Source of the DNA: a virus
Lineage: Duplodnaviria > Caudoviricetes
Virus record (IMG/VR): IMGVR_UViG_3300011335_000110
Location: 1-49,733 of that record
Length of the DNA stretch: 49,733 bases
Strand: one strand, 5' to 3'
Below are positions 46,550 to 49,733 of the stretch, piece by piece (position 1 is the stretch's first letter; every line of letters begins with the position of its first letter). Both the position numbers and the translations under genes were made by a program. The notes below the pieces were generated by a model that made no database searches, was not told the origin of the DNA, and saw only the letters and a program-made list of their open reading frames with translations.

Positions 46550-46763
46550 TTGATTCCCTTTGTTTTAACATTTGATCTGCCATCATGTAGCTTGTTCTAG
46601 CCATACGCTCTTGGTACGCGTCTGACCAACCTGTGCATGCCGCTAACATACCTTGCATAGCCTTAGCCGCAAAGTAGTCACGCAGGGTCATGCCCTCGTT
46701 TAGAACAGTTTCATCTTCGTACTTTGCGTGTACTGGAAATGCTGATGGGTTGTCCATGTACAT
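46542..46763 (-). CDS. Small RDYFA-family phage protein
   Basis: GGAGG RBS before the ATG at 46763; AFP..GMTLRDYFAAKAMQG..SYMMADQMLKQR. Confidence 0.75.
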   Translation of the reverse strand: MYMDNPSAFPVHAKYEDETVLNEGMTLRDYFAAKAMQGMLAACTGWSDAYQERMARTSYMMADQMLKQRESNE

Positions 46764-46764
46764 A

Positions 46765-47400
46765 TTAACCTCCAAACATTTCTTTAAGGTGGCGGTACAA
46801 GTCATGCGCCTGATACACAGTCATGTCCTTCAAAATATCTTCGGGCGACTTAGTGCGTACAAGCGTGGTGAGAAAGCCTTTCTGCTTTGGTGTTGTGTGC
46901 AACAAAGGCTCAGATGCGGTAACCGCAGGCATATTCTCCAGCTTCTCTTTCAACAGCGCACCGATGCCTGTTACGTCACGCTTAGTGTACTTACGCTTGG
47001 GTGTAGCTTCTTCCATTTTCTTTAATGCCTTGAGAGATTTTAATGGGCGGTACTCAGCCGCATCTGCGTAGTACAAGCTGTCTTTGTCATGGATCATGCC
47101 ATTACGGCGTAGTTGTGCAATAAGGCTTGATGTCGACCCTGAGTTGAAGCCCTGATGCTCAAGAGCCTCGATGATCTCCTTACGTGTGGAGCCGGGATTG
47201 TTCTTGATGTAATCGAACGTTACGCGAGAGATGTTGTTTGTTATGCCGAACATTTTCTTCATGGGAATTTCCTGAGTTGGTTTGATGGGTTGCGAAAAAG
47301 AAGCAGACACTGGTTGAACAGAGGGTGGCTCCCCCTCGTCGTCCCATTGTTGTAGGGTTCTGCTAAGCGCTTGTTTGAAAGCAGTTTGAATGTCAGGCAT
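46765..47400 (-). CDS. Putative winged-helix protein
   Basis: FDYIKNNPGSTRKEII..STSSLIAQL. Confidence 0.6.
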   Translation of the reverse strand: MPDIQTAFKQALSRTLQQWDDEGEPPSVQPVSASFSQPIKPTQEIPMKKMFGITNNISRVTFDYIKNNPGSTRKEIIEALEHQGFNSGSTSSLIAQLRRNGMIHDKDSLYYADAAEYRPLKSLKALKKMEEATPKRKYTKRDVTGIGALLKEKLENMPAVTASEPLLHTTPKQKGFLTTLVRTKSPEDILKDMTVYQAHDLYRHLKEMFGG

Positions 47401-47614
47401 TTGAGGTTCCTCCAGTTAGTAGCATGACGATGAAAATAAAAGCAATAATCCCGATGGACTGTATTGTGGTGAGTAGTAGGTCGTCCATCCCCTGCTTGTC
47501 GCCAAGCAGTACACCCTGTATCCATTCAGACTCAGGCGTAGATGTAGGGGGCGGTTGTGTATAGAGCAAGCCAATCTTGACCTTGCCCGTATCGTAAGGT
47601 GTGTTTCTTTCCAT
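47393..47614 (-). CDS. Small membrane-anchored protein
   Basis: AAGGAG RBS; TGKVKIGLLY; C-terminal TM segment. Confidence 0.65.
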   Translation of the reverse strand: MERNTPYDTGKVKIGLLYTQPPPTSTPESEWIQGVLLGDKQGMDDLLLTTIQSIGIIAFIFIVMLLTGGTSNA

Positions 47615-47633
47615 TATTTCTCCTTGGGGTTGG

Positions 47634-47664
47634 AATTATTTGTCCAAGAGTAGACAGTTGTCAA
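47634..47664 (-). promoter_or_regulatory. Sigma70 promoter with palindromic operator in the spacer
   Basis: Minus strand TTGACA-N18-AATAAT; TGTCCA-N4-TAGACA at 47641-47656. Confidence 0.65.
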
Positions 47665-47753
47665 TAGGGTCTCCAGTATAAAATATCTCCTATAAGTACA
47701 ATTACCAATAACAAAAGTACTACTCTTTCTAGTTTCTCCCATGGTGTCATCAT
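47661..47753 (-). CDS. 30-aa single-TM microprotein (not in ORF track)
   Basis: AGGAG RBS; MMTPWEKLERVVLLLLVIVLIGDILYWRPY. Confidence 0.65.
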   Translation of the reverse strand: MMTPWEKLERVVLLLLVIVLIGDILYWRPY

Positions 47754-47899
47754 TGTTTCTCTCCTAAGTTGAGGTGTACCCACTCGGTGATGCTTGCATC
47801 GACGCACTCGATCTCGTGTATCTCATGGTCGTTGAAGGTGTACACCTCCGTCTCTGGGTCACACTGTTTCAAGTACCCAATCAGTTCTTTAACTTTCAT
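47750..47899 (-). CDS. 49-aa hypothetical protein (not in ORF track)
   Basis: MKVKELIGYLKQCDPETEV...; overlaps both neighbours. Confidence 0.65.
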   Translation of the reverse strand: MKVKELIGYLKQCDPETEVYTFNDHEIHEIECVDASITEWVHLNLGEKQ

Positions 47900-48191
47900 C
47901 TCCGTGCTCCTCATCTACATAGGCGGGATTGCCTGTTTGGTATCGATACTCTTTGGCATCTTTCTCAGCATCATCCTTGTGGGAAAACGTGCCAAGCAGT
48001 GTGCCGTTGTGGTTTCTGACTACGTATAGCGCGTTCTTAATCAACTCGGTGTCGTACACCTCGCCCTCACCGATGCGTGCCTTGGTAATGTCAAACTCAT
48101 CGAACGCTTTGTTTCCAGCATCGGTACGGCTGTCGGCTTCGACCTCTACTGTTTGCCAGTAAGACATAACTATTTGTACTCTGTATTTCAT
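47889..48191 (-). CDS. Hypothetical early protein
   Basis: GGAGG RBS; 100 aa. Confidence 0.65.
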   Translation of the reverse strand: MKYRVQIVMSYWQTVEVEADSRTDAGNKAFDEFDITKARIGEGEVYDTELIKNALYVVRNHNGTLLGTFSHKDDAEKDAKEYRYQTGNPAYVDEEHGDES

Positions 48192-48192
48192 T

Positions 48193-48516
48193 TCATTCCT
48201 CCATTAAAAATATGCCCTTGTCTATACAAGAGGCGAACAAGTTGTGGTCAGGTACATTCTTGAACCCTTCAAACCCGTGCAGTTGGAGGTGTCGGTACAC
48301 TTCCCTCTGTTCCGCAGGCTCTCTATCAAAGAACCAATCCACCTCGTAGTCAACACAGGCGTTTACCATCTGCGTCTTAGTGATTGCAGTCATTTCATTT
48401 CTCCTTTGGTTACGTATAAAAACATAGCGAGCGTCAGGTCTGCTTGCAAACCATTGGCTCAGTTGGGGGTTATCGTCTTGCATCAGGGCTGGTGGATCCC
48501 ATCCTGTCTTTCTCAT
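48193..48516 (-). CDS. Hypothetical early protein with a second in-frame start at 48393
   Basis: AAGGAG RBS before both ATGs. Confidence 0.6.
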   Translation of the reverse strand: MRKTGWDPPALMQDDNPQLSQWFASRPDARYVFIRNQRRNEMTAITKTQMVNACVDYEVDWFFDREPAEQREVYRHLQLHGFEGFKNVPDHNLFASCIDKGIFLMEE

Positions 48517-48779
48517 TTACTCTCTCCTTTCATACTGTTTTGCCGTTGTTCAAACCATGCTTTGTATTCAGATAGCATGTATAACTTCCTAGTCATCTGA
48601 CTACTTGATCTGGCTATAAGCACCGCTTTAGGTGAAGGGCACACCCTGCTATTCCTGCTGATACAACTCTTGAGCGCCTTGTATTCGACACCAAGCCTGT
48701 CGGCTATCTCCTCCAATGTATACAGCGGTTCCTTTTTGGCGTTGGGTACTTGGTGAATCTTGGAAGTAAAAAGTTTCAT
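48513..48779 (-). CDS. Excisionase/AlpA-like DNA-binding protein
   Basis: LYTLEEIADRLGV..PSP..KLYMLSEYKAWF. Confidence 0.6.
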   Translation of the reverse strand: MKLFTSKIHQVPNAKKEPLYTLEEIADRLGVEYKALKSCISRNSRVCPSPKAVLIARSSSQMTRKLYMLSEYKAWFEQRQNSMKGESK

Positions 48780-48797
48780 ACAGTCTCCTTGGGTTAT

Positions 48798-48822
48798 GCA
48801 TCGGGGACTGCGTCCCCGATGC
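48798..48822. repeat. Perfect 11-bp inverted repeat with a 3-nt loop
   Basis: GCATCGGGGAC-tgc-GTCCCCGATGC. Confidence 0.8.
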
Positions 48823-48828
48823 GGTTGG

Positions 48829-49731
48829 TTAGGTCAACAATGCAGGCAGTGTTGGCTTGACATACACAGGCTTGCGTACATCCCATTGCAGGTAGTAGCA
48901 GATGACCTCGGCAATACTCATCACAGCGTGGTGTGACTTGGTAGCTGTGCTGATGACACCAGACGCATCACCATCGATCAACATATCGTAGATAAGCTGA
49001 TCGGGTACGCACAGATCTACACGATGCGTATAGCTAAGAGGCGAAGCCTCGAAAGCGTGCAGTAGCGTAGTGATCGTATACGCAGGCATCTCACTGAGCC
49101 AGATCTCCATAGTCTCTATGTCGCACTCAGTAATAGCAGTAGCAAGATCATCAAGCTCAGGGCGCACAAAGCCATCCTCATCATCGGGAAAGTCATACGC
49201 TGTCTCGTCGTAGTTGGCGCTGTGTGCGCTGACACTGCGTGGGTGGATGCCGAAGCTTGCGTTGTAGTCGTACATCTCGTCGTACTCGTCGTCCATGTAA
49301 CTGCCGTAGGAACTTTTGTAGCTGTACGACTTGAGTGCCGTCGTGCTTTTGTAGCTGGGTATAAGACGGGATGGAGTCCAAGCGTACGTATTGCTGAACC
49401 ACATATCGTCGTGCTCGATACCCTGCTCGAAGTTGACGTGCTGCATACGACCCTCGCCATTCATGAACACGAAGCGATTGTTGCCGATGAACTCCTCCAT
49501 CATAGCCACGAAGCCCGCATCGTAGACAAGCTCAGGTGACGCAGACACAGCGCTGTGCAGGTAGTCCTGAATAAAGTGCCATGTGTCTGACTTGTTCTTG
49601 TCAGCAGCATTGCCTGTGTGCAATACGCCGTTGTGCATCATGGCGATGAAGCCCGGAATCACATCGTACGGATGGCAGTTGAGCATGTCGGTCTTGCCGT
49701 GCGTAGTCCAGCGGAAGTGAATGGCAATCTC
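48829..49731 (-). CDS. Class II glutamine amidotransferase-like protein (5'-partial)
   Basis: Frame is open to the window end: IHFRWTTHG..NCHPY..MHNG..SDT, then WFSN and an acidic tail. Confidence 0.8.
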   Translation of the reverse strand, partial: EIAIHFRWTTHGKTDMLNCHPYDVIPGFIAMMHNGVLHTGNAADKNKSDTWHFIQDYLHSAVSASPELVYDAGFVAMMEEFIGNNRFVFMNGEGRMQHVNFEQGIEHDDMWFSNTYAWTPSRLIPSYKSTTALKSYSYKSSYGSYMDDEYDEMYDYNASFGIHPRSVSAHSANYDETAYDFPDDEDGFVRPELDDLATAITECDIETMEIWLSEMPAYTITTLLHAFEASPLSYTHRVDLCVPDQLIYDMLIDGDASGVISTATKSHHAVMSIAEVICYYLQWDVRKPVYVKPTLPALLT

Positions 49732-49733
49732 AC

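Noticed and set aside
1-49733. Integrase, tRNA, intein, intron, diversity-generating retroelement or stop-codon recoding
   Set aside because: No supporting motifs seen by eye; genes are uninterrupted and all three stop codons are used normally.

Overview
A ~50 kb piece of a tailed dsDNA phage genome with podovirus-like organisation, resembling uncultured aquatic phages that have a Mu gpT-annotated capsid. Two transcription blocks converge near 34.2 kb. The + strand (1-34194) carries the scaffold (partial), major capsid, small basic proteins, tail adaptors and fibres, a lysis module, a tail nozzle-like protein and four probable ejection proteins, the last a 3363-aa polyvalent protein. The - strand (34142-49733) carries a primase-helicase, an HTH regulator, an SSB-like protein, an SNF2 helicase, a Cas4-like nuclease, a Leu762-type PolA, VRR-NUC, many small early genes and a partial class II glutamine amidotransferase. 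No integrase, tRNA or CRISPR array was seen; terminase and portal are presumably outside the window. The main unexplained signal is a peptide motif, hydrophobic-x-x-Gly-Gly, found about 17 times at module junctions of 8 otherwise unrelated late proteins. A second tail motif (DG[IC]AxKGKT[KR]G[KR]M) and a tape-measure-like GEFV domain accompany it, which suggests a virion cargo-sorting or processing system (inference). Other points: a double-pseudoknot RNA after the capsid gene, a shared palindromic operator at two leftward promoters, a start-less ORF behind the primase, and a duplicated RDYFA-family gene. Family assignments come from motif recognition only; no searches were run.
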